Source: Azolla caroliniana (Eukaryota; Plantae; Polypodiophyta). From it: a stretch of 64,000 nucleotides of DNA. A program made the position numbers and the translations under genes. Below are positions 11,956 through 26,195 of this stretch, one piece after another (position 1 is the stretch's first letter; each line of letters starts with the position of its first letter). The stretch spans positions 12,276,001 through 12,340,000 of the forward strand of contig JBHGNT010000005.1 in NCBI GenBank assembly GCA_043228905.1, written 5' to 3'. The notes under the pieces were generated by a model, which was not told the origin of the DNA, made no database searches, and saw nothing but the letters and a program-made list of their open reading frames with translations.

Positions 11956-14900
11956 CTACATCGGAAGCTGATAAAGTTATGATGCCAGTTATGCTTGATA
12001 TTAGCAGACTGTAACAATGGTCTGCCTAACAAAATTGGGTATGCTGCTAGGGCATCCAGCCCAAGCACAACCGCAAAAATCTCAAAATGATGGCCTCTGA
12101 CTACGATCCCTAGCTTCCGAATTAAACCTAAAAGTCTGACGGAGTGGGTGTCCGCCGTTCGGAGCCAGAATTGGCATGCTTCCTAGTCTGCAATGCCCAA
12201 CCTAACACAAGTGGTTTTAATGATGAGATTTACGCTAGAACCACCATCCACAATGCATCCCATTATTTCTTGGCCCTGAAGTACAACTTTGATGGCTGGG
12301 TTATGGTGATCTACCACTGCTGGACCGGTATTGGACTCTGTGTAATTAGCCGAGATTTCCAGTCCGGCGGTGCCCCGTATGTGATTGTCTACCACCTGTC
12401 AAAACTGTGGAACCAGTAGTAATAGCTTATCCATGGTCAACGTGATTTCGCAATCCGCCAGAGCTTGCCATATCGGGTCTGGTGATAATGTCTTATCATC
12501 ACTCTGCATGGTGGCACTCGTTGATTCTTGCCTCATCCACTCTGCTTTAGCCTCGTTTGCTTTCTCTACCCAAGCCTGAGCTGCTTTGCATATGTCATCT
12601 TGTTCTGCCCATTTTGTGTTCTTCGCTTGATTGCGTGTTGTGACCTTCTTCATGATGGTATTCACGGTTGGTTCCTTTCCTTTATTACGTTGAGGACATT
12701 GTGTCGTGTAGTGGCCTAGCTGTTGGCATACGAAGCAATGTACACTAGACTCTCCTTTCTCCAATACTAGAGCTGCGGTGGCGTCTACAGGTGCGGATTG
12801 CTCTTCCTGTGTTTGCTGAAATCATCTGTGATGATGGGGTTTCAGGCGATATTCCAGATGAGGTTGTTGGCGTCGTTCATCCTTGTAATGACATTGATCA
12901 GGTGCCTGGCGCCGAGGTCCGGCCTGTCCGTCGCGATTCTTGGTAAGACATCGATTCTCATATCAATACCCCCCCCCGCTTGTAACGGCCATGGCTCTGA
13001 TACTCTTCTTCATCTTGTTCTTCTTCGTCGAACTCAGGATCGTTGTTGCGGCGGTGATGGTACGGCCTTTCCGCACGCTGATTACGTTCTGTATTATGGT
13101 AACATTCTTCTTAATGGCCTTGGTCATTTCAGCAGTATTGTCGTTGTGGTTCCATATGGCGAACTATTAGTGTGGCCTTGTTCAACATATTATATTCGCA
13201 CTAGTCCACCGTATCCGCATATTACAATCTATCGCGGAGTGCCTTGAGTTCAAGCAGATTGTGCATTGAATGGCCTGGCGGAACCAATATTCCTCATCCT
13301 AGGGCAACGCCTGCCGGAGCGATGCCATGGATAATCCTTCATCCTCGTCTTCTAGTTCGAGCTGCAACGCCCACTCAATAACCATGTACGTCGTCTCATC
13401 CTTCACATTTTGCGTAGTCAGTGTAGTCCTGAGGGGTCGTCGTAATGTTGCCAAAAAGTGTCCTTAGCCTCGTCCTCCGTTGGAATGCGTGTGAGTTGAC
13501 GCCATAGGCTCTAAATCGCTGACTAAAATCAGCGACAGACTCTTTCGACAGTGTAAAATCGCTGAGGGGTCGTCGTAACGTTGCCAAAAAGTGTCCTTAG
13601 CCTCGTCCTCTGTTGGAACGCGTGTGAGTTGACGCCGTAGGCTCTGAAATCGCTGACTAAAATCAGCGATAGACTCTTTCGAAAGTTGTTTGATGGTGTA
13701 AAATTGGTCGATAATCTCACGTTGCAGCACACTTCGATGGAAGAATCGCAAAAATGACGATTGAAGTTGGTCAAACATCGCGAACAATGTGATATCGAGG
13801 TGGGAATGCCAGCGAGCAACACAATCGTCCAAGGTTATCCCGAATTTGGCGATCTTCGATGCGTGCGCTTCGGCCTCTGGAAGTCGATGTGCCATGTGAT
13901 TAGCGTTCCAAACATTGAGGAACGACCGAATGTGGCTCGTAGTGTTGGTTTCGCCATTGAAACGAGGTTAGGAGAAAGCCATGTTGGTTGCAACGGTTGT
14001 GTTGAGAAAGGGATTGTTGCTACTATCGGGATGAGGCTTTTTGTGAGCCTTTGTAACACTAGCTTGATCCGGTGGCGATAGGGCTTCCTGCCCGATGCCG
14101 CTTTGCTTCATGAGCGTGGATTCTACCATATACTCCAAGAGAGAAGGGGCGCGATCACTAAGGCGCGGTTTTCGTGCTGCACGTTCTTATGTCTGTCGGG
14201 TGACTGACCTGGTCAGTGGTCAATCTTGTCGAATGGGTTCTCTATTACATCGGCGGCTAGACATCCATCCCTTGTTGCTCGGTTGTGAGGGTTCACATAT
14301 CACCAAGCGTGCCAAAAGTGTTGCCGGTTAGGAACACAGCCTACCCTCGGTCCTTCGGGGTAGGTATCAACGTGATCGTGGTGCAAGGGTAGGATCTTGC
14401 GTAGCTCGTGGAGCGTATTTACTTATACCGATAGAGCGTGTTTACTAAAGGCATAAAACTAGAGATGGCTACAACCGAGTTCCTAATGTGCGTAACTATG
14501 CACATGTACTCCTTTTACACACTTACGCTTAAACTGTCATATCGAGACAACAGAGAAGAGATCAAAGATAAAAGACGGAGCTCAGAGAAGATAGAAACTA
14601 TATTAAACGACTGTGCTCACAAATGCGCTAACCCTTTACAATGTTCATATGCCCTTTACATACACATGGCCTAGTCGGTTACGCTTCCCGCGTGGACCGT
14701 TACATGCGTTACTATTGAGAATCAAGCCCAACTTGGTCTACTGTGTGAACTCACCTTGAGAGTGAATAAACACTCCAACGGTCAAGAGTCACCATTATGT
14801 CACCTCTTTGTATTCTAGCATTTAGTATGAGTCATAGAATCATATTCTATGACACATAACTTATGAGCTTTCACATTCCCCATGCTCCATGAGTGTTATG

Positions 14901-15799
14901 TACACATAACGTTGGTGAGGGTAGGTCACTAATATTTACATTAGTGAAGGGTATGTTCACTATTATTAAAAAGGGGACTAATGATTGGATAGAATGAATG
15001 ATATGTGCATGCACTATCATGATTTAGACAACCAATGAATAGAGAGCCTTTTAGAAAGGCACATCTATTCAAGGGGCCTAGGAAAAGGTATAAATATGAG
15101 GCTTAGCTACCCTCATAGGAATCATCACGTCGGAAGGCTGCTGTCGTAGACACCGGTGGTGCGGGCTAGGCTTTCGTCTCGACGATCGTGTTTATCTCTT
15201 CCAAGGTATTAGTCATCCTAATATCCGGCGGTATGGGACGTCGGTGGTAGGTTGGCTATGTCTAGATCATAGCTCGGGGGTGGTCGGGTGGAACGGGTTC
15301 TTCTATCCAATCTATTTTCTTCCTTTTTACTTGATTTGGTCTATTGATTAGTAATAGACTCTTAACAGTGGTATCAGAGCTTTTACTAACAATTTTTTTG
15401 TTGTTTTGATGTTTTTTGCGTGTGAGCGAGGGGGATCTAACAAGGCTCGTCATGCTCTTCTCAGGATCAAAACAACACTCTAAACCCGGTATTCTTCTTT
15501 TTTGATCTCTTCTCTTTTTCTATTATGCGTTCTTTATGGTCGAATCAAATTGGTATTACGTTTTATTCTCTTTCTTTCTACCTCCTACTACGCTACGATT
15601 TTACTTATTATTATGCATCGGGCCGAGCGTGTTTGCACTAATCGCACACGCTCAACTCATGGCCTTTTGCATATTGCGATATATATCCCACTCTCTCCTC
15701 TCTTGAACTCTTACGATAATAATTATTCTTGTGCATTGGGTTGAGCGTGTTTGCTCTAATCGCACACGCTTATCTCATGGCCGTTTTGCATATGATGTT

Positions 15800-16135
15800 G
15801 AGTATACCACTCTTCCCCTCTATTGAGCCATCACTTGGCCGATTCTAAGGGATGATGTGGCCTTGACGAGGTGTATGTTGCCTACCTATGCCACTCTACT
15901 CTCTATTAAGCCATCAATTGGCCGATTTTATGGGATGTTGTGGCCTTGACAAGGTATATGTAGCTTACATATGCCACTTTCCTTTTTAATTAGCCATCAA
16001 TTGGCCGATTCTAAGGGATGATGTGGCCTTGACGAGGTATATGTCACTTACCTATGCCACTTTCCTCTTTAATTAGCCATTACTTGGCCGATTCTAGGGA
16101 TATGTGGTGGTCTTGAGGAGGTGCATGTCAACTAC
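15800..16135 (+). repeat. ~87-bp degenerate tandem repeat, ~4 copies, in chromovirus 5' UTR
   Basis: Recurring AGCCATCA..TTGGCCGATTCTAAGGGATGATGTGGCCTTGACGAGG. Confidence 0.8.
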
Positions 16136-17121
16136 CCTAGGGTTTCGTATCTTAGGGCATGTTTGATTCCATACACCTAATTGTTGATTATTCTAATTAA
16201 ATTTTAATTTCATAAGTATTGTTTCACTTATAGGATTTTCTAGTAATTATTATTTACCCGCCCACAATTAACTCTCCTTTTTCCACTTCCTTTTCATGTA
16301 TAAAGTATTTACATCGTTTATTTTTAATGTAACCTTTACGTGTAGACTATTTTTTCGTATGGAGTGGCTTGTTGAACGATTTTTTTTTCAACGGGTCATC
16401 TAGGTTTAACTCTTATCATCAAGCCTTAGAAAACGAGTAAAACCATATGAGTTCCCTTATTGATGTTTTACTCATGGATTTGAGTATTACATCTTTGCGC
16501 ACAACACCGTCATCACTTGTATCAATTTGTGGCTTATGTCACAATTGTGCAAGTTATAACAATCATATTGGGATGTATATGTGCATACCTTGCACTTCCC
16601 ATTTATTTGTGACATTGTTTTTTTCGTAGGTAACACATGGGTTCTTCTTTTTTACCCTTGTTTTCGTCACTACTTAACTCTTATGAGTAGTGCCTTATTT
16701 TATCATTTTATCATCACGTTTGCTTATTGCTCGCAAGACTAGAATATTACTTGTGAGTGCACTTGTTTTTTCACGTAATACACTTTCTCGACCATATAAT
16801 ACATGATGGGTTGGCATTAATATAAGGCTATCTAGGAAATTTCATTGATGTAAGAACCATGGTTGAGCCTCGGGGAGCCGCCATGATTACTCAAGATAGA
16901 GATCCGAGAAATACATCTTAGCTATGTTTTCCCCCATGGTTTTTAAAACACCATAGTGTTACCATAGTTATCGGATCTCGAATCACATCTCATATGTCTA
17001 GAGGGGTAAAGACATGAGATACTTTCTTGGATAAAGTTCTTTCAATCAAAATTTCAAGCATTCATTTTGCTTGTGTATTTTCTGAACCTCCTTATTTTAT
17101 TGCATACCCACAACGTGCATC

Positions 17122-20100
17122 ATGGAACAAGTTTTGAACGCAGTTGGAACGATCTCTCCAAATGAGACCTCTCAACCCCAATCCGCATCTCGCACACAAG
17201 CTGAGATCACTATTGAGCAATTGCTCACTACTACCTTGAATCAATTGGCCGAAATGAGACAGGCCAATATGGCATTGGAAAAGAAATTCCAAGAATTAAC
17301 TATTGAGTCCAAGAAAGAAGGTGAACCTTCCTTCGTAGTCATGCCTTTCAAGGGAGATAAGAAAGAAAGAACCGAGGAGGCTATTAGCACTTGGCTTGGT
17401 CGTTGGGAGTCTCACTTTGAGCTTCATCCCAAGCCCGATGCAGTAAAAATTGGTTATGTCGGTCGTGAGTTAGGTGGCCGAGCTGCTGCTTGGTGGCGTG
17501 GCCTAAGGACCGCAAAAAACTTACCCACAACTTGGGAAGGTTTCGTTGATGTTTTTAAGAAACAATTCTTGCAGCCACCTTCTCAAACCGAACAAGCGCA
17601 ACACTTGCTCACATTGTCTAGTAAGCCATTTACCTCTCTCGAGGATTATGTGCATCACGCTCGGACCCAGATCCAAAATTCGGGACTTACGGGTGAGAAA
17701 TGGTTTGTCGCTTGTTTTTTGAATGGTATTCCCAATGGGGATTATCATTGGATTGTCCATGACAAGGACCCCACAACTTTCGAGGAAGCCGTCAACATTG
17801 TGCTGCGATACCATAGGACTTCCAAGAAAGACCACAATAAACCTGAGTTCGCCAAAACTCCGAATGTCAAGTTCATTGGGAAACGTAAGCAATCCAGTGA
17901 CACTCTTGACCGCGACTCAAAGAAACCGAACCTCTTCTGTGCATATTGCAAGAAGCGGGGCCACACAAAGGATACCTGTCGTCGTCTTGAGAGGAAGTCA
18001 ATGAACACCCCTCCTCAAGACAAATCTACGAGTCACATAGGTGAGTCTTTTGATATTGTTGAAGTTCATACCAATCACTTAAGTTTATGTGAATGCACTT
18101 TTCCTTCACATTTACTTGGACCTAATGATTTACTCCGAGCAGTCGGATATATCAATGGAACACAAGCACATTTCTTGTTTGATTCCGGTAGTTCTCACAA
18201 TTTTCTTAATGATCACTTTGTGCAGCAAATGGAGCTCCACATAAACGCAAGTGATCATATCTATCAAGTTCACATGGCAAATGGAAACGTTCAATACATC
18301 AGTGGCATTGTTTGTCAACTGCCAATTCAAATAGATACTTATTTGGAGAAGCTTGACTTTCATGTTATGAAATTACAATCCGCAGATGTCATTTTAGGAT
18401 ATCCTTGGTTTTTTAATAAAAACCCTTCTTTGTCCATTGATTGGGTTAATCACTCAATCACATTTGAACTTAATAATTGTAAACATTTTATTCAATGTTC
18501 CAAACTTCCTTCTCATTCACTTGTGTCTTCTAAATCTTTAAGTGAGTATTCTAGTTCATTAATTTATTCATGTGTAATTGATCCTGCGGTTCAATTTTAT
18601 TATTTTAATATTGACGCCACACAATTACCACATTTTGAGCAACGATTACTCGACTCTATTTTAGAGGATTTTCAAGATGTGTTTCCTACTGAATTACCGC
18701 TTACTTTACCACCTAAACGTAATGTGGACCATCAAATTGAACTCATCCCTGGGGCTGCTCCTGTGAGCATTCCACCTTACCGACTTAGTCGATTAGAAGA
18801 GGATGAGATCGCTAAAAAACTTAAGGAATACTTGAGTATGGGCCACATTAGGTATAGTAAATCACCTTGGGGTGCGCCAGTTCTATTAGTCAAGAAGAAG
18901 GAAGGTTCGTGGCGAATGTGTATCAATTATCGCCGTTTGAATAAAATGACAATTAAGAATGCATATCCATTACCTCGTGCCGATGGTTTGATTGATCGTT
19001 TGCACGGGGCTCGATATTTTACGAAAATTGACTTACGAACTAGTTATCATCAGATTCGCATCACCGAGGATGATATTCCTAAAACCGCTTTTCGTACGCG
19101 CTATGGCCATTATGAGTTTTTAGTCATGCCATTTGGGTTGACTAATGCTCCAGCCACATTCCAACAAGCGATGAATGATGTTTTCCGAGATCAACTCGGT
19201 GATTTTGTTGTCGTCTTCTTGGATGATATTTTGATATATAGCCGTACCTTGCAAGATCATGTTCAACATGTTCGATTTGTTTTGCGAAAGTTGCGTGACA
19301 ACTCTTTCTATGCAAAACATTCAAAATGTGACTTCTTCCAAAAATCTATTGTGTACCTAGGTCATTTAATTACAGAAAATGGCGTTGAAATTGAACCTTC
19401 TCGTATTGAAAAGGTTAAACTTTGGCCCATTCCTCGTAATATTCGTGAACTTAGATCATTCTTAGGGTTTGTTGGATTTTTACGAAAATCAATTCGTAAC
19501 TATTCCAAATTGACTACGCCATTAACTGACCTTTTAAAAGGTATCCACGTAAGTCTGTCAAACCAATTTCATGGAATGAACAACTTGACAAATCATTTGA
19601 GACACTCAAGGAGCATGTGTGTCAGGCTCCCACTCTTCTATTACCAGACCCTTCTAAGCCTTTCTCAATTGAAACCGATGCTAGTGATTATGCTATTGGT
19701 GCCGTTCTTTATCAAGGTGGTCACCCTATTGCTTTTGAAAGTAAGAAGCTTGATGCTGCTCAATCTCGGTATTCGGTTCAAGAGAAAGAGTTGTTTGCGG
19801 TGATACACGCACTTAAAACATGGAGGCACTATCTCTATGGAAATAAATTTGTGGTTACAACAGACCATCAATCATTAAAGTATTTTTGTGACCAGCCTGA
19901 TCTTGTTGGTCGTAAAGGCCATTGGGCTGACCTTATGCAAGATTTTGATTTTTCCATACGATATCGCAAGGGTTCTATGAACACCGTTGCTAATGCTCTT
20001 AGTCGCATTAAAGAAGTTAACATGCTTAGCTTCACGGAAATAAAATCTGATCTTTTAGATCACCTTCGAGGGAAATACCTTGATGACAGTTATTTCTCAA

Positions 20101-21524
20101 AATACTGGACGAAAGCCGAATCTGGTTTAGATGCCGATACTAGCACCCTACCCTCGAAGGCGACCTTTCACATTACAAACGGTTTGCTCTACCGTAGTTG
20201 AAAGGTCTGTGTTCCAGATTTACCAAATGTTAAACAGAAAATTTTTCATGAATGTCATGCTGCACCATCTGCTGGTCATCCTGGAATACAACGCACACTC
20301 GTTCTCATCTCGTGTACTTTTTTCTGGCCTAAGATGCGCTCTGACATGCATAAATACGTAACTCAATGCTTACAATGTCAGATTAATAAGTCGGAACGAC
20401 TTAAAGCTACTGGTCTTTTACATCCCTTAGATATTCCCAACAATAAATGGGAAAGTATCTCGATGGATTTTATTGTTAGTTTACCTCGTACACAGAGGGG
20501 TCATGATGCCATATGGGTTGTCGTGACAGGCTAACAAAATTAGCTAGATTTATTCCTACAAAAACCACGGTAACCGCTCAACAGTTGGCTTATCAATTTG
20601 TTGATGAGTTATTTCGTTTTTATGGATTACCGATGGATATTGTTAGTGATCGAGATTCCAAGTTTACTAGTGACTTTTGGACTCAGGTCTTTAAGAAACT
20701 AGAAACTACGTTGAGCATGAGTTCCACAGATCATCCTCAGTCTGATGGACAAACTGAACGAGTTAATCAAATTATTGAGGACATGCTTCGAGCTTATGTA
20801 GCAAAAACCCGTTCTAAGTGGGAGCAATACCTTCCTATCTTAGAATTTGCCTATAATAGCTCTAAACATACATCCACTAGATATAGTCCTTTTATGTTGA
20901 TGTATGGTTTTCAGCCACGTGCCCCAGTTGATGTCACGATTCATCGTGATACATTAGACAGTACACGCAATTTTTTGCAAGACATGAACCAAATGTTGCA
21001 TATTGCCAAAGAAAATGTCAAGACAGCTCAAGATCGTGCTCGATTTTATGCTGATCAGGATAGACGTCCTCGTGCATTTACTATTGGTCAAAAAGTTTTT
21101 TTTGCGTGTCCCGACTGATTCTACGTCATTATCTACGGGCAAGTGCGCTAAGTTAGCCCCACGATATTGTGGCCCATTTGAAATCCTTAAGCGAGTTGGG
21201 TCATCTGCTTATCACCTTGCCTTACCTCGTAACGTTGGTATTCATCCTGTTTTTCACGTCAGTCGTCTAAAACCATTTTTAGGCTCTGGTGATAACACCA
21301 TCACAATCCAAGATCTTGTAACATTAGAGGATTTTTCTTACAAACCTCATGTTCCTGAACGAATTCTTGATTCTCGTACTAAACGTTTACGTTCTAAAGA
21401 GATTCGGCTATTCAAGATCAAATGGATGGATAAACCTATTGATGATGCCACATGGGAAGGCGAGCATTCGCTTAAGGCACAATTTCCTCACTTTATATTG
21501 CAAGAGTGCAATCTTTTGAAGTAG
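17122..21524 (+). pseudogene. Chromovirus gag-pol polyprotein (gag, zinc knuckle, protease, RT, RNase H, integrase, chromodomain), frameshifted
   Basis: CAYCKKRGHTKDTC; LFDSGSSHNF; VFLDDILIYS; IETDASDYAIGAVL; ISMDFIV..IVSDRD..QSDGQTERVN; ERILDSR..KIKW..DDATWE. Spread over ORFs 17122-19803, 19617-20201, 20334-20534, 20513-21118 and 21003-21524. Confidence 0.93.
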
Positions 21525-22707
21525 GGGAGTATGTTATGTACACATAACGTTGGTGAGGGTAGGTCACTAATATTTACATTAGTGAAGGGTATGTTCACTA
21601 TTATTAAAAAGGGGACTAATGATTGGATAGAATGAATGATATGTGCATGCACTATCATGATTTAGACAACCAATGAATAGAGAGCCTTTTAGAAAGGCAC
21701 ATCTATTCAAGGGGCCTAGGAAAAGGTATAAATATGAGGCTTAGCTACCCTCATAGGAATCATCACGTCGGAAGGTTGCTGTCGTAGACACCGGTGGTGC
21801 GGGCTAGGCTTTCGTCTCGACGATCGTGTTTATCTCTTCCAAGGTATTAGTCATCCTAATATCCGGCGGTATGGGACGTCGGTGGTAGGTTGGCTATGTC
21901 TAGATCATAGGTCGGGGGTGGTCGGGTGGAACGGGTTCTTCTATCCAATCTATTTTCTTCCTTTTTACTTGATTTGGTCTATTGATTAGTAATAGACTCT
22001 TAACAATGAGTCTTGTAGTTAATGAAGAGAGAGGGAGAGAGGGTGACTATATAAAGCACCCTCCTCCCACCTTGTATTGAGTTGAGTCTTTCTCCTTTGT
22101 TAATATACTTTTACCTTGCGTATTCTCTGTGCCTTATTCCTTGTCTCTCTCACACAATCTCTCTCTCACATACACACACACAGTTCACACCTATTCCGCT
22201 ACACAAGAATCATACCTGATTCTTTACATGGTATCAGAGCGATTTGGAAGCTCGATCTAACCCATTTGTTGACCGGTCAGAAGAGCAAGGACAAGTGGGA
22301 AGGCGGAGTCGGATCGGATAATAGGAAGTAAATAATAGTATAATTATTATTCGGAGGGATGGATCCGGTACAGTTGTACCGATCCGGATCCGGACCGATT
22401 CGGATGCCGGTTGCCTAAGCGCACCGATTGTAACCTTGCCGGATGCCTATAAAAGGATCTGATGATTTGTAAAGGGTTTGACGAAAGGAATACAAATAGA
22501 ATTATTGCGTGTTTATCTGTATCTCTGTATTGTTTACCGTCTGTGCTTAATTGTAATCATCTTACGCATGTAACCTAGCATCCAATCCTTACCACCCCTT
22601 TGGAGAAGTGTCGGATAGACACCTGTGTTGAGGCTAGTCCGGCCAGGCAGACAACACTATTTTGGCGACCACGATTCCTGCAAAGTGCAGAGGACAACCG
22701 GGGATGG

Positions 22708-24291
22708 ATGTCTAGACCAAACGACGACCACATCACCGAACGAGGGAGACGATACACCGAACGAGAGCAACGACGGGAAGCCCTGCAGCAAGCCGTCGAC
22801 GAGATCCGGCGGGATCGGTCATTCTCCAGAACTCTTCGGAGAGTCGCAGAAGAAGCACTGCAGTTCCGGGTTCTGCAAGTCCCCGACGAAGGCAGTAGCA
22901 TAACAAGCCTGCAAGAGGCGGAAACGATACTACAGACGCTCGCCGGTGGCGACGGGGACTCGGAAGCATTCGCAACACTTGAGGCCGAGTCGGAAAGCGA
23001 CGGAAGCGTTGCGTCCCGGTATAAAAGCAGCCACGACACACCAAACGACCCGGGGGAAGAGGGGTCGGAAGACTCAGTAACACCGGAGCCAGAGGAAGAA
23101 ATAACCTTGGAGTTCGGTGACCGGCAATCGCCGAGGGAGGCTGACCGGATACTGACAACACCCGCGAAGGAACCGAAGGAGCGGATACAGACAACACCCG
23201 CGAAGGAACCGAAGGAGCAGATACCGGCAACACCCGCGGAGGAACTGAAGGAGCGGATACCGGCACCAACCGCAGAGGAACCAAAGGTTCTCACACCAAC
23301 GCCAACAGCGGACAGAGAGCGGAGAAAGCAGGAGAGTCAGTTGGACGACACGATGCCGTACCAATACCCAAAGTACCGGGATGAGCCCGACGCGGAGGCA
23401 CACGTGTACGCATTCCTCCAAACATGGGAAGCCAACCATGTCTCCCAAAGACTGGCGGAGCCCGAAGCCGAACGATCCAAAGTCGCCGAATTCGGCATGA
23501 CCTTAGAAGGACCGGCGGCCCGATGGCACGCAAAGCACTTACCGGGCAGCTTTGCCACATTCGATGCCTTGAAGGCCAAATTCCTCAGGCTTTTTCACAA
23601 ACAAGTTGAGCAAAGGGAATTGGTCGGGCAGTTCTACACCACCCGACAGGAAGAGAACGAGACTGTGTCACAATTCATCATTCAGTTTCAGACCCTGCAC
23701 AGCCAACTAACGAGAGCACCACCCGAAGACGAAGCCAAAGCAGTCTTTTTGTCCGTGCTGAAAGAGCCACTTCGAACAATGTGCGGAGTCCTTGATTTCC
23801 GCACCAGCACAATGGACCAAGTTATTGATCGGGTCTTAGAAATGGACAAGACTAGCTCCTTCTTGTCGATGGGGATGTTACACCGGGCACTCCCGAAGGA
23901 GGAAGACCTGAGGTTCCGACAGGCCTTACAATGCACAACATGCCTAAATTCGGGCCACTCAACAGTAGACTGCACCCTGCGGAGACAATGTATGATCTGC
24001 AACTCTCGAGCCCATACAACGGACCGATGCGAATATAACCTGTTAAATCGGCAGGCAGCACCGGTTCGACACATAGAACCGCGCAATCAGAACCCGGATG
24101 AGGATCGATTCCAGAGAGGTGACCGCTACCAACGCGAACGCGGTAACAGATACGCTGATAGAAGACGCGATAACTATGACCGAGAGGAGAAACGCAGAGA
24201 TAGCTACCCCCGGGACCGGTACGACCGAGACAAATCCCCGGAATACGAACGACGCAAAGAAGAGAGGCGACAAGGGAACCGAAATTTCTGA
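22708..24291 (+). CDS. Gypsy B gag (first ATG downstream of LTR/PBS)
   Basis: Retrotransposon gag core (YPKYRDEPDAEAHVYAFLQTWEANH..LEGPAARW..LKAKFLRLF), two Cys/His knuckles, 13-aa repeat TTPAKEPKERIQ/P x4 at ~23146-23290. Confidence 0.85.
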   Translation: MSRPNDDHITERGRRYTEREQRREALQQAVDEIRRDRSFSRTLRRVAEEALQFRVLQVPDEGSSITSLQEAETILQTLAGGDGDSEAFATLEAESESDGSVASRYKSSHDTPNDPGEEGSEDSVTPEPEEEITLEFGDRQSPREADRILTTPAKEPKERIQTTPAKEPKEQIPATPAEELKERIPAPTAEEPKVLTPTPTADRERRKQESQLDDTMPYQYPKYRDEPDAEAHVYAFLQTWEANHVSQRLAEPEAERSKVAEFGMTLEGPAARWHAKHLPGSFATFDALKAKFLRLFHKQVEQRELVGQFYTTRQEENETVSQFIIQFQTLHSQLTRAPPEDEAKAVFLSVLKEPLRTMCGVLDFRTSTMDQVIDRVLEMDKTSSFLSMGMLHRALPKEEDLRFRQALQCTTCLNSGHSTVDCTLRRQCMICNSRAHTTDRCEYNLLNRQAAPVRHIEPRNQNPDEDRFQRGDRYQRERGNRYADRRRDNYDREEKRRDSYPRDRYDRDKSPEYERRKEERRQGNRNF

Positions 24292-24453
24292 CGGAATCAA
24301 AAGCGTGGATTTTTCCGAAGAGAGGAACGTCGGGAGGCAGCAAGGAATGACAACCCGGTATCGGTACCGGATAACCGAAAAACCGAAGACGACCGCCGAA
24401 GTATACCCACCCTCCAAACCGGGGACAAAGGAGAAACGAGCAACAGTCACAAG

Positions 24454-26159
24454 GTGTACTGTTATTACTGCCGTAAGGAGGGCCATTATAGTAACCAATG
24501 CCCAAGAAAAACCAATGACAAGCAGCCGGTAGTCAACATGGTTACAGCCGAAATAACAGAAGTACAGCAGGTCACAACCCGGTCAAAGGGAAAGACCGCT
24601 GAGTGGGAAGCCCAGGAGGCAATCAGAAAACAAGCGGCGCAATGGATCAAGGAGGCCAATGAACAGAATGCGGTAGAAGTAAGAGACCAAAATATGCCAA
24701 AAGACGAAGAAAGCATACAGCCAGGAGAAAACCCGACGTGGCAAGCGCTACAGGACTGTCAAATCGTGCTGCCGTTAGCACGACTACTACAGTTGGTGCC
24801 ACGGTTTACGGCAGACTTACAGGCATCCGTGAACAAACCGAAGCCGACGCCAGCACCGGCATTCTTCTCCAACCCGGAGGAAGGACCAGCGGTGGTCGAT
24901 ACAAGTAGCCCGGCGATCACGACAATCGTGAAAGGAAAGGAAATTGCTGGAACAATTGTTGACGGAGGCTCCGGGGTAAATGTCATCAGCCGACAGACAT
25001 GCGATAACCTGGGCATCCGGGAATGGGAACCATGCCCCTTCTGGTTACGCATGGCGGATACCAGCTCAGTTCGATCGACCGGGCTTATCCGGGATTTGGA
25101 AGTAACGATCGGAGGCCACGTATTCCGGATATCGGCCGTGGTGCTGCAGCTGAATGTACAAGGCGCGTACCCCCTACTGCTAGGACGACCATGGCTGCGA
25201 ATGGCGCATATCAAGCAGAACTGGCAAAAGAACATGATCACATTCCGGCGAGGGAAAACAAAGGTACGAGTACCGACGCAACCACGGGTGATCGCCAGTA
25301 AGGAAACAACTCCATTGTATGCGGAAAGCATCAACATGTTGGAGGGATTACCGGACGAGGAAGTCGAGCGGTACCTCGAGGAACACCCACGAATCGTCCC
25401 ACTATTTGAGGTGGATATCACGGCGGCAGTAGAACCGTACATCACGACACCGGACGAACCGGACCAAGCGGCGATCCGAGAACTGCGACAAGCGCAGGAA
25501 TCCCTAGAGAGGGAAATGACGATATCCCAGAGGGTAAAAGCATCCCAACTAGAGGAGGTGGACCTCGGCACAACAGACAAGCCCCGACCGGTAAATGTCA
25601 CAAAGGAATTGCCGAAGGAAGAAAAGAAGGCAATGGTAGCATTATTAACAGACTTCAAGGATGTGTTCGCGTGGTCGTACGAAGACATGCGAGGGCTGGA
25701 CCCCCAGCTCTATCAGCACCAAATTCACCTAAGTACGGACGCGAAACCGATCGCTCAACGTAGGTACCGGATGAATCCAAATTATGTGGCGAAGGTGAAG
25801 GAGGAGATTGATAAGCTCCTCCGGATCAGATTTATCCGACCGGTCAAGTAGGCAACCTGGCTGAGTCCGATAGTGGTGGTCCCGAAAAAGAACGGCAAAG
25901 TCCGGGTATGCGTGGACTACCGCAAACTAAATGCCGCAACAGTGACCGATGCGTTTCCACTACCATTTACGGATGGGGTGTTAGATGCGGTAGCCGGCCA
26001 CGAAGTTTACAGCTTCCTGGATGGATTTAGCGGCTACAACCAAATAAGAATGAACCCGACCGACCAGGAGAAGATAGCGTTCGTTACGGAATGGGGAGTG
26101 TTCGTCGCGGTCGTGATGATGTTCAGACTAAAGACGGCTCCAGCGACCTTTCAAAGGAT
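24454..26159 (+). pseudogene. Gypsy B pol, 5' part (knuckle, protease, RT N-half)
   Basis: CYYCRKEGHYSNQC, IVDGGSGVNVI, VCVDYRKLN, FLDGFSGYNQI. In-frame TAG at 25849. Interrupted at TFQR|I by the DNA transposon. Confidence 0.92.
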
Positions 26160-26195
26160 AACACGTTCGCGTTCACAAGTGGAAGGATTGCGCAT
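26160..26195 (+). repeat. Left TIR
   Basis: AACACGTTCGCGTTCACAAGTGGAAGGATTGCGCAT. Confidence 0.96.

Larger units (their letters stand above)
5433..14712 (-). mobile_element. Decayed Gypsy element (RT 5433-6785; gag/protease 11956-14300; 5' LTR from 14319), split by the LTR element at 6786-11955
   Basis: RT motifs (VVVPKKNGKICVCVDYHKLN, FLDGFSRYNQ, QVFLDDFVVY), protease IVDGGSSVN, zinc knuckle CFVCQQLGHYTTQC. The frame ISFRC|GRSKVRVP rejoins across the insertion. TGCCAAAAG-TGTTG PBS/LTR edge at 14310-14323. Confidence 0.8.
14894..22005 (+). mobile_element. Chromovirus (Ty3/Gypsy with C-terminal chromodomain) inserted in the 5' LTR of Copia A
   Basis: 474-bp LTRs 14894-15367 and 21532-22005 (TG..CA, about 2 differences by eye), TSD ATGAG, PBS TGGTATCAGAGC 15369-15380, PPT GAAGTAGGGGAG. 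Confidence 0.95.

Noticed and set aside
13430-13700. ~138-bp tandem duplication in decayed gag
   Set aside because: Real but ordinary post-insertion decay.
24759-25688. 309-aa antisense ORF and other long antisense ORFs over Gypsy B
   Set aside because: Shadows of a GC-rich sense coding strand.
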